A DNA stretch of 64,000 nt from Entomortierella parvispora E1425 (lineage: Eukaryota > Fungi > Mortierellomycota): contig BQFW01000015.1 in the NCBI GenBank assembly GCA_020891255.1, positions 558,001-622,000 of the forward strand, written 5' to 3'. The position numbers and the translations under genes were made by a program. Shown here piece by piece: positions 35,601-49,200 of the stretch (positions are counted from its first letter, which is position 1; each line of letters opens with the position of its first letter). A model generated the notes under the pieces. The model was given only the letters and a program-made list of their open reading frames with translations, searched no databases and was not told where the DNA came from.

Positions 35601-38600
35601 ACGCCAAATCTTGACTGGCCATGAACCCGTTATCGGATAGGTACGTGGAGTCTCGTACTTGATCCTTCCATCCCCAGTGCTTGTGAAGAAGGTATGAGCG
35701 CAAGACAGATTCTTCCCCGATGGGCTCTGCAACATGGGTGTGAAAGTCGGTGGAGGTAGTTTCCGGTGTATGACTTAGCGGAGCCTCGTGAATGAGATGA
35801 CGCATTAGCAAGCGGTAAATTGGACGCTGGCATCGTAAAACCGTAGTATGTACTGCCTGTGATCCATCTTTGGAAGAAGTTGCCATGTAAGGCCTGATGG
35901 TCTCAACAGCAAATATTCGCTTTTGTATGTCCTCAGCAATAGCCCTTCTCTCCAGCAATGGAATCCCGAAGAACCGCAATTGAATCCGCAGAATCGCCAC
36001 GTTAGGCTCACTAAATAATCTGAGCTCACAGAACCGGGAGCTCGCGGTAGACGTCGAATTCAACTCTGGCTGCTGCTGTGTCTGCATAAACACATTTCCC
36101 ACTACAAATGATGCCCAAGACCGTTTGAGATAGTCTCGGATCCCAGAGACACCGGCTTCCAATCCCTCACAATACTTGACAAGGGAGTTTTTTGTATCCA
36201 TGGATGTGGGCAGAAAGGCAGGAGGAGGTACCACTAAGAGAACATCAAATTCGAAGTCGTTGTACCAGCAGCGGCTATACTGGCGGTCAGAATCTTTTGC
36301 AAGGCCAGACCACTGCTCAGCCAGTCGTGAGAGGTAAACAGCAATATCTTCGCGATCCTGATCCTGGGCGGCTTCTCCTCTGTCGCCTACTTTACGTGAG
36401 CGCTCCATCGACTTTGCTCTTTGTGTCCAAAGTGCTTGATTAGCAGAGGCGTGAGAGTTGTTCAGACCTCGCAAAGTCACATCAGAGTCGCTCAGCCCTA
36501 CAATATAACGATGGATTCGGAACACCTTCGTGTAAACTGAGTGATTGGCGGTCACAGATGTATGCTGTGAATTCAGGAAATGTATGGCGAAGGCTTGGTA
36601 TGCGATGATATCGATCTCCACTTTGGGCGGCTCAAAGCGCTGTAAGAAGTTTGTCGATTTGGCTTCGCCATCTACTTGCCCCTTCAACTTGTACTGAATA
36701 GTCACATTTGGCAACCAGGCCAACGTCATGGTGATCAAGTAGCGCTCCGATGAGGGACGATCCTTGTCAGGTACGATAGAAACTCCCTTGATTCGAAATC
36801 CCTGCCGTACACGCGCCGCAACCAAGATTTCCACAGGAATGTTAAGATGGTAATCTTTACAAGCAGTTTGCATCATCTTGATGGGTTCTGGCTGACTCTT
36901 TGGGTCCCAAGGGAAATTGGTCATGGAATAGCCGCCAGAATCATCTTTATCCTCGACATCATCCAATCCTGGTCTAGGTTTCAAAAGGCAAAGCTCCCGA
37001 ATTAAAAAAGTGCGATGATACATATTTGGAGCGGTCCGCTTTTCTGTCGACCTCCTATCCATGGAGTGAGGATCAATGCTGGAACACTCCTGAGAGAACA
37101 TGAACTTTCCCAAGGTTGCCTCTGCCACGAATCGGAGTGCCTCTGTATCTTGAATAAAACCCCAGTTGCAGCTTGGTATAGAGCCGTCCTTATTTCCGAG
37201 TTGGATAACAGAGCATGAGACATCGAGCTCCATGAGTTTACGCAGAATAGTGCTGCCGTGGAGAAGGTTCGATTTGACTACACCGTCCGTAACAATCACC
37301 AGGGAAGGTGAGGCAGATTGCGGCATGAGTCCCAACGCGAACAGGCCAGCTGTCAGAGTGTAGGAGAGGTTTGCCCCTGATAATCCAACACCCCAAGACT
37401 TTCGACGACTTATATCGTCCTCGAAGTCAAGCTCTAAGCTCTCGTCGCCGACAGCATCTTCAACCGCAAGGGAGTATCCCATCGATTCTCGGGCACGTCT
37501 CAATTCGCTCCTGAATTTTGAAAGCTTGATCTGAAACTTCGCTAGCTGGACTTTCAAGACTTTCAAAATACTGTGAAGATTGGACTGAGTCAGAACGACA
37601 TCCTGGAGGAGGACCTTCATTGTAGGAAAATTCGACAGCATCTCTCCTGTGTGAACATTGCTGGCAAACTGAGAGCACTCTGCGATAACTGTGATATGAA
37701 TTTCTGGCTATCAGATAAAGATATTATATAAGTCTCAAAAGTGTGTAATGGTACTTATCAAGTCCCGAGGGCTGCAGCTGCAGGCAAGCTTTAAAGTTAA
37801 ATAAATAATACCTGAACATAATCCTCTATCATGCCTGGACAAGAGAACTTTTCTGACAACCCAACTAAGCATTTCGTAAGGCTAGTTATTTGAGCAGAGC
37901 AGGATACTTTTTCGTTAATTCAGTTCTTCTACCGAAGACAGCTGATAGCTGAGGAACGTGTCCGTACTAACTTACGTGTCGATAACTTGACCCATAACGA
38001 TCCTCGATCCACCGGCATCGACTGTGAGGACAGATGAACTAACATCGACTAGGAACACGGTGCGGTACTGCTTGTTGATAAAGAATACCCGAGTCTGTGG
38101 CACAAATCGCATCATGGCCAGATCCTGGTGCTGCTGTCGCTCCTGCGTCACCCATGGTAAATGCTTGTCTGTCGAAGCGTGAAGAACACTGACATTCTAC
38201 ACGTAACAGAACAGTTAAGACTCTTGTTCAACCATGCACAGGTTATTAAAGAAAGAACATGACCTACTTTAGACTCTAGGGACTTGACTGATCCAAAAAG
38301 ATTATTCAGCAACGACTCCTCCAAGTCTGAGCGCGCCAGTAGAAATTGGTCCTCTACTAAAACAGCAAGACTCTTCGCATCATCTCGGAGCTGATGTACT
38401 TCTCGGTCAATGGCGTTCTGGTGCGCAGAAGTGAATGTTGGTGACATGCTCAAGTCCACAGATGTCCTCGATGGGGATGAACTCCTACTCGGACGTAATC
38501 GCAGAGATGTATTCGTTTCTGATGGAGGGGAGGACGTTGAACAAGGACTGGATGTAGAAGTACTGTTCACATCTTGGTTTTGATCCTGGTCCCGATCCCG

Positions 38601-38750
38601 ACTTTGCTCCTGACTTTGTCCAAGCAACGGATGTTGAGTGTGATTTGATTCTTCGTGAATGTGTGGACTCAAGACAGTAGTCCTGGGAGATGGAAGGGAT
38701 TCATCGGACGAGTCCTCCTGGAAGTAGTAGCTAAAGCGATCAAATGACAT
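26604..38750 (-). CDS. SZT2: SZT2 homolog (KICSTOR complex scaffold), about 12 kb, multi-exon
   Basis: N-terminal exons give TRVFFINKQYRTVFLVDVSSS, LTKCLVGLSEKFSCPG and PEIHITVIAE. Also LVIVTDGV, CSVIQLG, FGFIQDTEALRFVAEATLG-like, FPWDP, ILVAARVRQGFRI, MTLAWLPNVTIQY, ELWAEP and WPLHWR, ending IRTLSYWIW. The motif order matches SZT2 as recalled. Confidence 0.88.
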
Positions 38751-39142
38751 GGATGGTTAGTATGACCTATAGTTCAAGTCTGTCATCGTGGCAATTCGTC
38801 ACCGACCTAGCCATCTTGCATGTGTATCTGTTTGCCGCCAAGAGGGTTCCAAAGTTTGTGTGAGAAAATGTGGACATGCACATGCAGTCTCAGCGGACGC
38901 ACACTCTTATTTGTCCAGGATAATCCACAGTCACTATTTTTTAAAATACACCTGTACGGCGGTGCTGGCGCAGCGTAGGTCTGGTGCTTTCGTCTGTCTG
39001 GTCAACAGGTCAACATGCGATAACAAAGAATGAATAAAATGCTTCCTTTTTCTGACGCGTTGGTCACTTTCTCTCTTCTTGTCTCTTCAGGTTTTGCTCC
39101 TCGTTGTAACTGTGATTTTTATGAATCATCGTGAAAACTAAT

Positions 39143-40714
39143 CTAAGCCGCTCTTGCCAAATAGCGAGACCCATCTGCAGGTTCGTCACGTTTTCGGACA
39201 GACACCCAGTTAGTCTCCAAAGCTTGAATTGTGGAGTCGTCCGCTCCGCGCCGGCGCATAGCCTTTAGTGTCCTCATAAACATTTTATCACTAGGAAGAA
39301 GACCGTAGTTGTCCTGCATGATCTGCATCCACCTCCAGGCGCGACCCCAACGGCCCCGAGCACCCATCAGCTCACTGTTGACCATGATTTGGAATGTGTT
39401 GAAGTCGGGTCCAAAGCATGGTGCCTTTGACCCCAGTGTCTTCACTGGATTTGTCATAGAAGACGATGACGATGTGTCGCTTATTTCCTGAATCTTGTCC
39501 AAATTCTGACCAATTTGTACAAGCTCCTTGAATAAATCGATAGCATCTCCGTCCCTTCGTGAAAGGAACGCGAACTTGATCATCTCGTTATAGGTTCTGG
39601 TTGTAGGAACAACTCCAAACAGCCGGACGTGACTTTCGAACATGGCTCGCAAGGCGTCAATGTCCTGGGTATACGCGTAGTAGCCGAAGAGAGTGTGGAT
39701 GTTCTGTATGCTAGGGTAGAGTTTCGTAACCGACTTTTGGGTACTTTTGTTCCTTGAGCTGTTCGCGGGGTTGGTGTTGAGAGTGCCTCCATGCAGCGTT
39801 CTGGGCTTTTGGCCTAATGGAATTGCCATCAGTTCTGACGTCGATCCTTGCTGACGGTAGGCCTTCTGTAGACTCAAAGCACTAGGCTGCCCCGTCGTGT
39901 CGGAATCCTGAGTAGTGACAAATGCCGAACGAAATGCAGCCTCAATTGCAGACCAGTTCTTCATCGCTGTGTGGACCTGTAGAACATAGTCCCAACTAGT
40001 AGTGTCGGGCTGGACTCCTGCACGTTTCATGGATTGGATTACGTCGGATGCAAGGTCGATATTCTTCCGAGGGACACACGATTTTAGGATTAGGTTATAT
40101 GTGAATAGGGTCGGCAGTAGCGGAGGTCCTCCAGAGGCTCTTCCTCCTGCCATCTCGGCTGACATCTCTCTCCAGGTCTGATCCACGGTTGCGTATTGCC
40201 TTGTGGCGACAAAAAATTCCAGTCGTGTGGTGTAGTTGTTCATGTCTGGCTGGATATTACAGCTCAACATCCCCGCCCAGACTTGCTCAAACCGCTTTGT
40301 GAGTTTTTGGACTTCAAGGGTTGTGAATCGCTTTGGGTCCGCAGGACGGATGCTCTTGAGAAGCAGGCTATGGTGAATCGGCAAGAGAGACGACAACTGA
40401 CCCGCTCGACTCAAGACGGAATATATCATCCAGGCAGTATCCTGATCTTTGCTTTGAATAGCTGATAAAAGTGGAGCAGCTTGGTCGTACGAGGGCGAAG
40501 TTCGCATAGCCTTGGGATTAATAGGGATGGGTCGGGTTTGTGAATGAAGTTGCTCTGGCAAGAAGGTCTTAGGAAGATCCACTGAATCATGGTTGCGGGA
40601 GAAAAAGCTGAATGTGGAATAATGACATCTAGAGAAGGCGCCTGCCGTGGCGCTGGATCGGGCGCGGAGGATGAGTCTCGTGCAGATCTGCTGTGTTAAT
40701 GCGGTGCTGGCCAT
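39143..40714 (-). CDS. Mitochondrial pentatricopeptide-repeat protein, intronless
   Basis: Presequence-like N-terminus. PPR motifs PDMNNYTTRL, PTLFTYNLILKSCV, PDTTSWDYVLQVH, PTTRTYNEMIKFA and PDFNTFQIMVN. Confidence 0.9.
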   Translation of the reverse strand: MASTALTQQICTRLILRARSSATAGAFSRCHYSTFSFFSRNHDSVDLPKTFLPEQLHSQTRPIPINPKAMRTSPSYDQAAPLLSAIQSKDQDTAWMIYSVLSRAGQLSSLLPIHHSLLLKSIRPADPKRFTTLEVQKLTKRFEQVWAGMLSCNIQPDMNNYTTRLEFFVATRQYATVDQTWREMSAEMAGGRASGGPPLLPTLFTYNLILKSCVPRKNIDLASDVIQSMKRAGVQPDTTSWDYVLQVHTAMKNWSAIEAAFRSAFVTTQDSDTTGQPSALSLQKAYRQQGSTSELMAIPLGQKPRTLHGGTLNTNPANSSRNKSTQKSVTKLYPSIQNIHTLFGYYAYTQDIDALRAMFESHVRLFGVVPTTRTYNEMIKFAFLSRRDGDAIDLFKELVQIGQNLDKIQEISDTSSSSSMTNPVKTLGSKAPCFGPDFNTFQIMVNSELMGARGRWGRAWRWMQIMQDNYGLLPSDKMFMRTLKAMRRRGADDSTIQALETNWVSVRKRDEPADGSRYLARAA

Positions 40715-40829
40715 GCCGGATGATCAAGGGTTAATGATTCGAGTGCAAGTTGATCACCGTGAAGTGAAGTGTACCTTGAAACCTTTAAATAGTGGCTTAG
40801 TTTGTAGATATTGCGTATACTTGTATACT

Positions 40830-43800
40830 TTATTCATTCTGTGGTGTGTTGTCCAGGTTGGCGTCTTGTGCAATCGTATGCCCATGTATATCGCTGTTCT
40901 CGAGGGGCATGATTCGCCCATCGCCGGCGTGAAAGATTTGATTAAAATCAGACATTAGGAGAGAGAACACCCCTGCCGGGATACCCAAGGTTGGAGAAAA
41001 TACGATGCCAACGTTGCGCGCAGTCATCTTGTTCACGTCCGCATTGTCTACGATCTCAATCAAGTGAGCCGTTAATGCTCGTAGGATTGTGTAATTTGCT
41101 TCTGGAAGACTTGCGACAAGGCGTGTCAGCTCATTTACACGATCCTCTCGACTAGACAACTCTGTAGAATGAAAACGAGTTAATAAATCGGTCTCTGGTT
41201 CTACAGTGAACAAGAAAAAGATATTTAGATAATTTATGTCCTTACCAACGACTTGTAGAAAATCCTTGTGCAACTCCCGTGTTAACACCGATGATGGCAA
41301 GTCTCGCAGATACAACTTCAACAAGCCAGCCACGGCATGAATATCATAATAGTCTTCGCTCGCCAACAATTGAACGTCACCCTCATGATTAAATCTCTCT
41401 TTGAGATTCTTGATAACGGCAGAGGAGCCGTTGAGCCGATAGATGCCCTCCTCCATCTTTGCTCGGTGAGCATTTAAGTATTCTATGCACCTGTAAACCA
41501 CTGCCGGAAGCTGGTAACCTGAGAGAACTCGGGCTTGCTCAATCGCTTGTTCAAGGGGCACACCAAAGATCTGACGGATAGGAGCTAATGGAGGATAAGA
41601 CACCGAGCCTGGTGCTGAAGGTGGCAAGATGTTTGAAGCGCTACTTCCCGCCCCAGCGCCACTACTACTGGAGGTCTTTCCCAAAAAATACTTCAGCCTT
41701 GATGAATCTTGGGGAGGTTGAGAAGGGGAAGAAGTCGGTAGGTTCTGCGCATTGCTTGCACTAGGCGCAGTGCCAGGCATTGCTGGTGGTGACTCCTCTT
41801 TTTTCTTTGGCCAGAATGTCATCCTTGATTTTTGCTTCTTCTCCGCAGGATCGCCAGATGTCAAAACAGGTGATCCAGACAGGCCCTCTAGCGACTGCTT
41901 TTACAATGGCAATTGTGATCGCAGGAAATGGTCAGTTAACTGTAGCCAAATAGCTGCACAGCTCCCTATTCCTAATTCGATGGTAGAGATATTCAAGGAA
42001 CTTACGTCGTCCTGAGGAGAGGACTGGGCCGTTGGATTCCTCGGAAGTTGTTGAGTAACACTGACATTATTACAGCCTTTTGAAGTTGGTGCAGGTTGGC
42101 CTTCAGTTGATGGCCTCTCTGTCGACTGTCTGTCATCGAAAGGTCCGCTCTGGATAGTGGGTGACTGAGGTAAGCCTCCTCCTCGACCTCCAGCCGGCTG
42201 ATTCAAAACTGAAGAAGATATCGAACGTGCCTGGGTATCATAGGAGTCCTGGCTATACAAAATCTTTTCGCTTCCTTTGGATGTGAGGTCCTTAGGTGCA
42301 GAGATCGACTTTTGGTCATCGGAGGACTTCTTCCTAGTACGATCCCGGTCAGTTCCTCCTGTTGAATCGCCAAGCTCTTTTCCTACATAAAGCATTAGAG
42401 CATCAACCCATTGGTCTCGCTCTTGATCCGTCTCCGCGCAGAGAACGTGACGGATAACATTGTTGGGGTTTTTCTTGGCATCTATCACCGATTGTCCTTT
42501 CTTAGGCTCGAGAATGAGAAAAGCATGTCTGTAAGAGTTGGGATCGATCACACCGTCTTTAGTGTTCTCTTGAGACCGTTCTTGAGTTTGCTGTCGCCCA
42601 ATTTGCGCATTCGTTAGAGATATGCTTCCGAGATGATGGCCATCCTTCTAAATAGCGATATTACAAGAGGTCACGAGCTGCAATTCACCGCGATCACACG
42701 ACACCAAAATATATAATCCACTTACTGCATCAAGATATTCCAAGACAGGACCCCTCAGCATGAAGTATCGTGTCTTCCATCCTCCAAAATTCTTGCCGCG
42801 CTTTGTCAAGTATCCCTCCTTCCATCTGGCATCACGGCTTAGTGGAGCGATCTCGCGCTCAACAACATTTGTGCTTAGAAACTCACACAAGTCACGCGTA
42901 TCTTTAATACGTAATGACGTGATTTGCTGCAGATACTGCTCCAATGCGATCTTTCGAGCATCGACTTTTGATGGCGCATGGTTGTTGAAGAGACTCTTTT
43001 CGGGCAGTTTTGGAAGAGAGTTAATAATATTCCTTGACTGAGTAACACGCAACTAGAGGACAAATGAGAAAGTAAGCCGTCGATAGCCTTAAATTCGCGC
43101 TCATTTCTATCGGCCCATCAATTTTCACGAATCTCGTGCCTCCTACCTTTGCATCAAGATTAACAAAGTCGGTATATTGCTTTTCGACCCTCCAAAGTTC
43201 GTCACTTTCCTTATGAGGACACATGCCTTCAGGTGAATTTTGCACTTCCTGCCCAATCGAGATAAAAAAAGTCAGCTGTTCCTTGCCTCTGTCGTTCGCG
43301 TTGATATTGCTGCCTACAACAAGAACAGACACAAATTCAAGATTGTCCGCAAACATGCTGAAAGCCTGTTGATGGTACGTAGGAGCAGAGCGAGATTGAG
43401 ATTGTGACGGTTGCACACTGGTCAAGGCATTGACCAGAGATGAATTTCCAGAGGGTGTGGGTGAGGCAACACGCCTAGGGCGAGTACTGTCATGGTCAGG
43501 AGACTGTTCCAGCAGATTTTGTGAGTCGTAGCGTCTAGGCAAGACGGGCATAGTAAAGTCCGTCAACGACGCGTCTTCGTCGTTATGCTGCTGCAATGCT
43601 GACCGAGACAATATCTTTGGAAGTTCGTCAGTCAGGTGCAGTGACGAATCGCGTTTCCTGCTTCGTATATCGGAAGGCAATGAGAGCTGACTGTTGTTAT
43701 TTTCCATGGCATCAGCAAGCGCTCCCTGGTCGCTCCCATCCCCATGCTCCATAGAATGCTTTGATGTCGACTCGTGCAACAGAATGGGGGCTGATATATT

Positions 43801-45573
43801 GTTGTGGTTGCGCGCCGTTTGCTTCAGTCCACGGCCGCCGTGGCCTAAGAAGAAGAGAAATAAGCCTCAGTGGTCTTACATATACAATGGACATTTAAGA
43901 AACATAAAATATATGCGTACTCTGAACCTGAACCAAGAGCTGGTTTTGGATCTCAAGTTGTTGCTGGATATTCTCCATCGCTACAGCCTGACCAAGAGCT
44001 GATGCGAGATCTTGCTTACTGCCTGCTGCCTGAATTGGAGCTGAGACATTTCGCCGATTTGGATTGTTTAGCTTGTCCATGTAAATTCTGAACTTTTCAG
44101 CATCTTGGTCAATTATAGCAGCAATAGGGGAGGCTGGTGTTGCAACCGAGCTGATGGCTGTTGAAGACGAGACCAAACCAAGTTCCATAGAGCCTTTCGG
44201 CCACTCCAATCCCACAGATGAGATCGATGGGATCTGGGCAGAGATATTCTTACGAGTAGCCTTGCCTATGGCATTGTCTGCGCTGGACGGAGCTTCGTTG
44301 ACGTACAGACCGGTGACCTTCGTGGCGGAGATGATGAATTCATCGTCATGGCCCTGTGATTCTAGAGGCAGTGACTGAAGAGGTTGTTTCAGGGAGTTTG
44401 TCGAATAAGCCGAATGGTGATCTCCTGTTACTTTGGTTGCCCCTCGGACTCTGCTTGGAGAGGACGTCTGAGCTGCCTCGTCTTCATTGTCTGACACCGC
44501 CGGCGACATGTTATCTCCAATGTCTCTCCGTTCCCTCCGCGGCGACCGTGGCGGCAAATGTGGCATGTGTGGCAAAGACAAAGCATAAGTCAAATTGCCC
44601 GAAACGTTGCGACTATTTGTTGGGCTCGTGGCAGCTGAGGATGATGATGAGGAGCGATATTGACCTGAGGTTGCACGAGCAATAAAAAAAATTAGCTAAG
44701 AGTGACAGGCTGGGCTCTCTGTACTTGACAACTGTACTGGAACTGACCTGGTGGGAGGTCGTTCTCGATGGCAAGGGTCGGCGAGGTAAAGGATACGGCT
44801 TGATGTGACGTGTTCAATATAAGCGTCGACTTCTGCTCTGGATCGTTTGTGGTGTCCTGGAATGGACGCTGTTCCTCTGATTGACTATCGATATTACCAT
44901 CTGTAATGGCAGGAGCATAGTCTCTGCGAACAGGAGCAGGTGTGTTGGTGGCAGACTCTGCGGGATCGAGATGGAGGGATGTTTGGGCGTGGTTTTGGCG
45001 ATCGAGCGTCAATGAACCTGTAGTCGCCAACTTCTCTCCTGGATGGACAACTTCCTGGCCATTACCCAAATTTTTGTCTTCCTCGGGAGTATACAAACTA
45101 GGGGCAGAGGACAACGAGGTTACCTTCGCACCCTGACTATCGATCTCTAGAGTAGAAGATACATTCAATCGATCCTGCTGTGGCGAGTCCTTGTCTCGAG
45201 AAGTCTTTCTTTCAGAAGTGTGCCTGACATGTTGCTGATAGCCGCTGGTTTTGGCTGCAGGCATCAGGTCAGAGGCGATGCTGTTAGTGCTGCTGAAGTT
45301 ATCGGAGCGGAATGAGGTGCTTTCAGAGGAGAAATGACTGCGAAGAAGGTCCCGCTCGGCCACCGCCTTGGCAAGGTCCTTCTGAAGATTCTGGATGATG
45401 ATGCGCTGTTTTTCAATGATCTTCCAGAGCTGATCATTCTGGGATCGAAGCGAGTTACGTTCTGCGGTGACCTGTTGCAGAGCGACATCAACATCCTGGA
45501 GTGGCGCTTGGGCCGATTCGTGGCTGTGTCCATGCCCCTGGGAGGAGGAGTCGGACCGGGTGCTTTGAGACAT
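40830..45573 (-). CDS. BEM3: Bem3-like Rho/Cdc42 GAP (coiled coil, PX, PH, RhoGAP), multi-exon
   Basis: ERNSLRSQNDQLWKIIEKQR; PX (WRVEKQYTDFVNLDAK...LPKLPEKSLFNNHAPSKVDARKIALEQYL); PH (KEGYLTKRGKNFGGWKTRYF); RhoGAP (IFGVPLEQAI, PAVVYRCIEYL, EEGIYRLNGS, NKMTARNVGIVFSPTL). Confidence 0.9.
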
Positions 45574-46258
45574 GATGCTGGCTAGGAGGAGCGGATGTCC
45601 CAGCGGTGAATGAGTCTGCGTGAGTGTGCGAATGTGCCTTGTGCCTTGTGCGTGGATGTGAGTGTGGGTGCGTGAATGTGTGTGCCGGCCTGGATGTGGC
45701 TCCAGAAGTCGGGAGAGAGCTGCAGGTGCGAATGTGGGGATTTGAAAGCAGGCGGGAGGGTGGAGAGGATGATGATGGTGATGATGTTCTGCACGACCGC
45801 AGATTGAAAGAGCACAACGCGGGGCTGTGCAACCCGCAGGAAGGGCGTCTCGTCAATTTCGCCTCCGTCTCCCTTGTTCTCTTCCCTGCCCTTCTGCCCT
45901 TTCCTGCCCTTTCCTGCCCTTCGTGCGCCCTCCCGCATGCGGCAGCAGTGGCACTCCAGAATCAACAGAGCAAACAACAAACGGACCACCAGCGTGCAGT
46001 CTTGCCCTCCCCCTCTCCCCTCTCTCTCTCTCTCAATTCGCTTGTTTGTGCCACAAGTTCCTCTTTCCATCCTCTGTGGCTCTCTCGTCTCCTTTCCCTG
46101 CAAGCATTCAATCTTCCGCCAGGATCCATCCCCTCCCCTCCCCTCCTTCCCACCCCATTCATCCTCGCCCCTCAAAAGAAAGTAATCCCAGGCAGTGTGC
46201 CTGTGGATCGCCTCTCTTTCCTTCTTGATCTAAACTCTGTACTCGGCCCTCCACCCAC

Positions 46259-49200
46259 ATGTCAAAGTCGTGCCAACCGTCAGCCGTGTCTCCATCTGCC
46301 TCAGCTTCGAGTCATGACACGCACTCGTTACCACCAAACTTCAAAGGCGCTATCCAGCGGTACCTTGCTGTGAGTTTGCCCACAGTGACCTTCAGTCAAG
46401 AACTGATCGAAGTGCTTGACGAGGCAGGGATCCTTATTCCTTCCAGGATCAAGGTTACAATGCGTTGGTGGAAAGAAGACGCGTCCAGCTCACTATCTGT
46501 CTATCCAAACATCAATGGCCTCCTTCATCCAGCCATTGCGGCCCACCAATCCCAGCTGCGATTAGAACAAGGCGATGATCCTCACATCGATGGTAGCCTG
46601 TTGCCAACACAAGCCTATCCGCAAACCCAGACAGAGAGTTCATACAGCTTGCAAAAGCCAGACTTGCAGCCGCAAACGCGTTGTTCTATGGATGTCGCAA
46701 CCACTTCCCCGCCATCCAAGAAGCCTTGGGTGGGAGCCCGTTTCTTGAACGCGCTTATCAGGCGAAAGAAAGGCTCTGGGCAAACGTTAAAAGGCACACG
46801 AGTAGGAACTCCCCATCCACAACCACATGCGCCACTACCGCAAGGAGGCCATCTTTCCCCCACACAAGATACCACTACCAGAAAACCTCTACCATTGCTA
46901 CCTCCTGCGGCATTCCCTCTGACGGTGGCTTACCCTATCCGATGCTCACTTGAACAACTTCGTCGCTATTTTCTGGAACTCTCCGTGCTAACACTTGATA
47001 TCCACATCGCTCCAGATCTCGTTGCCTCAACCACAGTCCAGAATCTCAGCGACCTGTTCCACAACATCAATGGCACATTCTCAGGCGTGTTCCCATTTAC
47101 ACACATCGTCAAGAACGCATCCACCTCTCTCACACAGGAGAACTCGCTTCGGCCTGGTACAGTTCTCGGCATGGTTGTTTTCCAAGCTTGGGCTCAAGAC
47201 ACTTCCCAAGTTAGCGAGACATCTGAAGAGTCAGAGTCTGCGTCCACTACTTCGATGTCTATCCCACAACACTATAAAAGGGCATCTTTTAATTCACGTC
47301 ACTCTAACTCTCGATCGCAGCTCCAAGGAAGTGCTTTACCTCGAGGAGGAGACGTTGGTGTCGCTCATCATGGCACAAGGAAAGACTTTTCCCGTCAGCT
47401 ACACCCCTCCATGTTGAGCGAAGGTCTCGCTCAATATCCAACACTGTTGAACCGTCGCCAGCTGCCGCCCCATTTGCGCAGCCATCTTGGTGATAGACAT
47501 CATCGCCAACATCTTATAGACGGTTCAAGGCCACTAACACGACACTCAAGAGAGCAGAAGGTGACCATTCCGGAACCGAGAACTGATATCGCTGCGAGAA
47601 CAAAAGCTTTTAGCAGGCGGTTTGATGAGTCACAACCGTATGAAAACAGGCCCAAATCTCAGGATACCCAAAGGTCCAATGCCGCTAATAGTCAAACATC
47701 CCGATCTCGACCACGCTCAGGTGCCACTGCGGCGGCTATTGGTCGATTGGATGCAGTTCTTTCCCGTGGACAGGATCTTCTTCAAGGTATGACGCAAACC
47801 ATTTACAAAGCACGCTCAAATGAACGTGTTCTTGTCTTTCACTGACTCTTACATACCCACCATCTCCTTTGTGGATATTAGGTATGAGGACAAGTCTTGC
47901 GTTGGATCCCTTAGAAGTTCGTGCGAGATCCTCAAAACCCTCTCTGACAACAGATTTACATAATCCCGACGATGATAAGCTGCCATACTGGCCGTCAAAG
48001 TCTCGATTTATCCTGGAGGTCGCCATCCCTACGGCATACTTGACCACACGTGGGCTATTGAAAGGATCTGCCGGAGCAACTGAGCTGCGACCACGCCACC
48101 ATGGAAGACGACAACACGAAAAAGACGCCACCCTTTCGAACTTACACTCGGAATCCCATGAACCTGGACTCACGTCATTCATGGGCTCCTTTTCACAAAA
48201 GGACAGTGCCACGAGATCATTGCGTCGATCAGTGGCACCTATACCGTTCGGAGTGGCTTTTTCGTCCGCTGGGCGGTCAACAGGGTCTTTGAGGAAAGAC
48301 TATCAATCGTCCGAAAAAAAACCTTCAAAACAAATTCTTGATAAAACCTTGAACAGCGATACGGACCGGCACCCCCCCTTGGCCAGGCCGCAGGTGCATG
48401 CGTTCCGTTCAAGCCCAAGTCCTGATCTTCGAAGATCAGGCCCTAGCACCCTGTCGGCCCTGCGACCATCGCTATTGACACGCCAGGGATATAAACGATC
48501 GTCATCACATAGAAGCCCGCTCTCAGATGATACGTTTAAATCGCAAAAGAGACGTCTCAGTGACAACGACCGCCTTCAGATCCGGATGAACCCTCGAGCA
48601 GGGGAACTATTTGCCGATCTCCCTGATCTTTTTCCTGTTCGAAGCATGTCTGCCCTTCTTAAACCTGAGTACCCGTCAACGAGCGAAGGCAGCCATGTGT
48701 CAGAGCATAGAGGCTCAGACTTGGGCATGACGAGCAATGCATCCGAATCGAGCAGTCATATATCAGCGAGATCCGAGCGAAGGGGCTTATCAGGTCGACA
48801 ATCCCGACTTCAAAAACGACCCAAAGAGTCAACTACCAACCAGCATGGTTTGAAACATGGATCTGCGCAAGATAGACGGGCCAATGCCTATTCCAAGGCA
48901 AGCAGGATAATGTCGATAACAGACCCCATCCATGCTCAGCATTTCGACTTTAAGGCGCAATGTCCTCTTGCACTTACTCCCGAGATTATGGCAGCCTGCA
49001 TGCTTGAGAATATTTCGGTTGAATTATGGAAGTTGAATCACAAACGGCAAACAATGATCGAGCTTGGAACCGCTAAGCTGCCATTGCACAAGATACTTGG
49101 CCGGATCATTCAAAAGGATGTCGCACTGTCCAGTCTCCATGCTGACAAGAGTTTTACGTTTCGCCGGGATAACCTTGAACCAGAGAGGCATTCTTCTCGG

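Noticed and set aside
1-38750. Functional cluster of endolysosomal/TOR genes (MON2, RTC5, SZT2)
   Set aside because: They are separated by many unrelated genes and no shared motif was seen; chance co-location is sufficient.
45334-46373. Several overlapping ORFs (up to 249 aa) in the BEM3/C2CD3-like spacer
   Set aside because: They arise from stop-poor CT/GA low-complexity promoter sequence and show no domain-like content.
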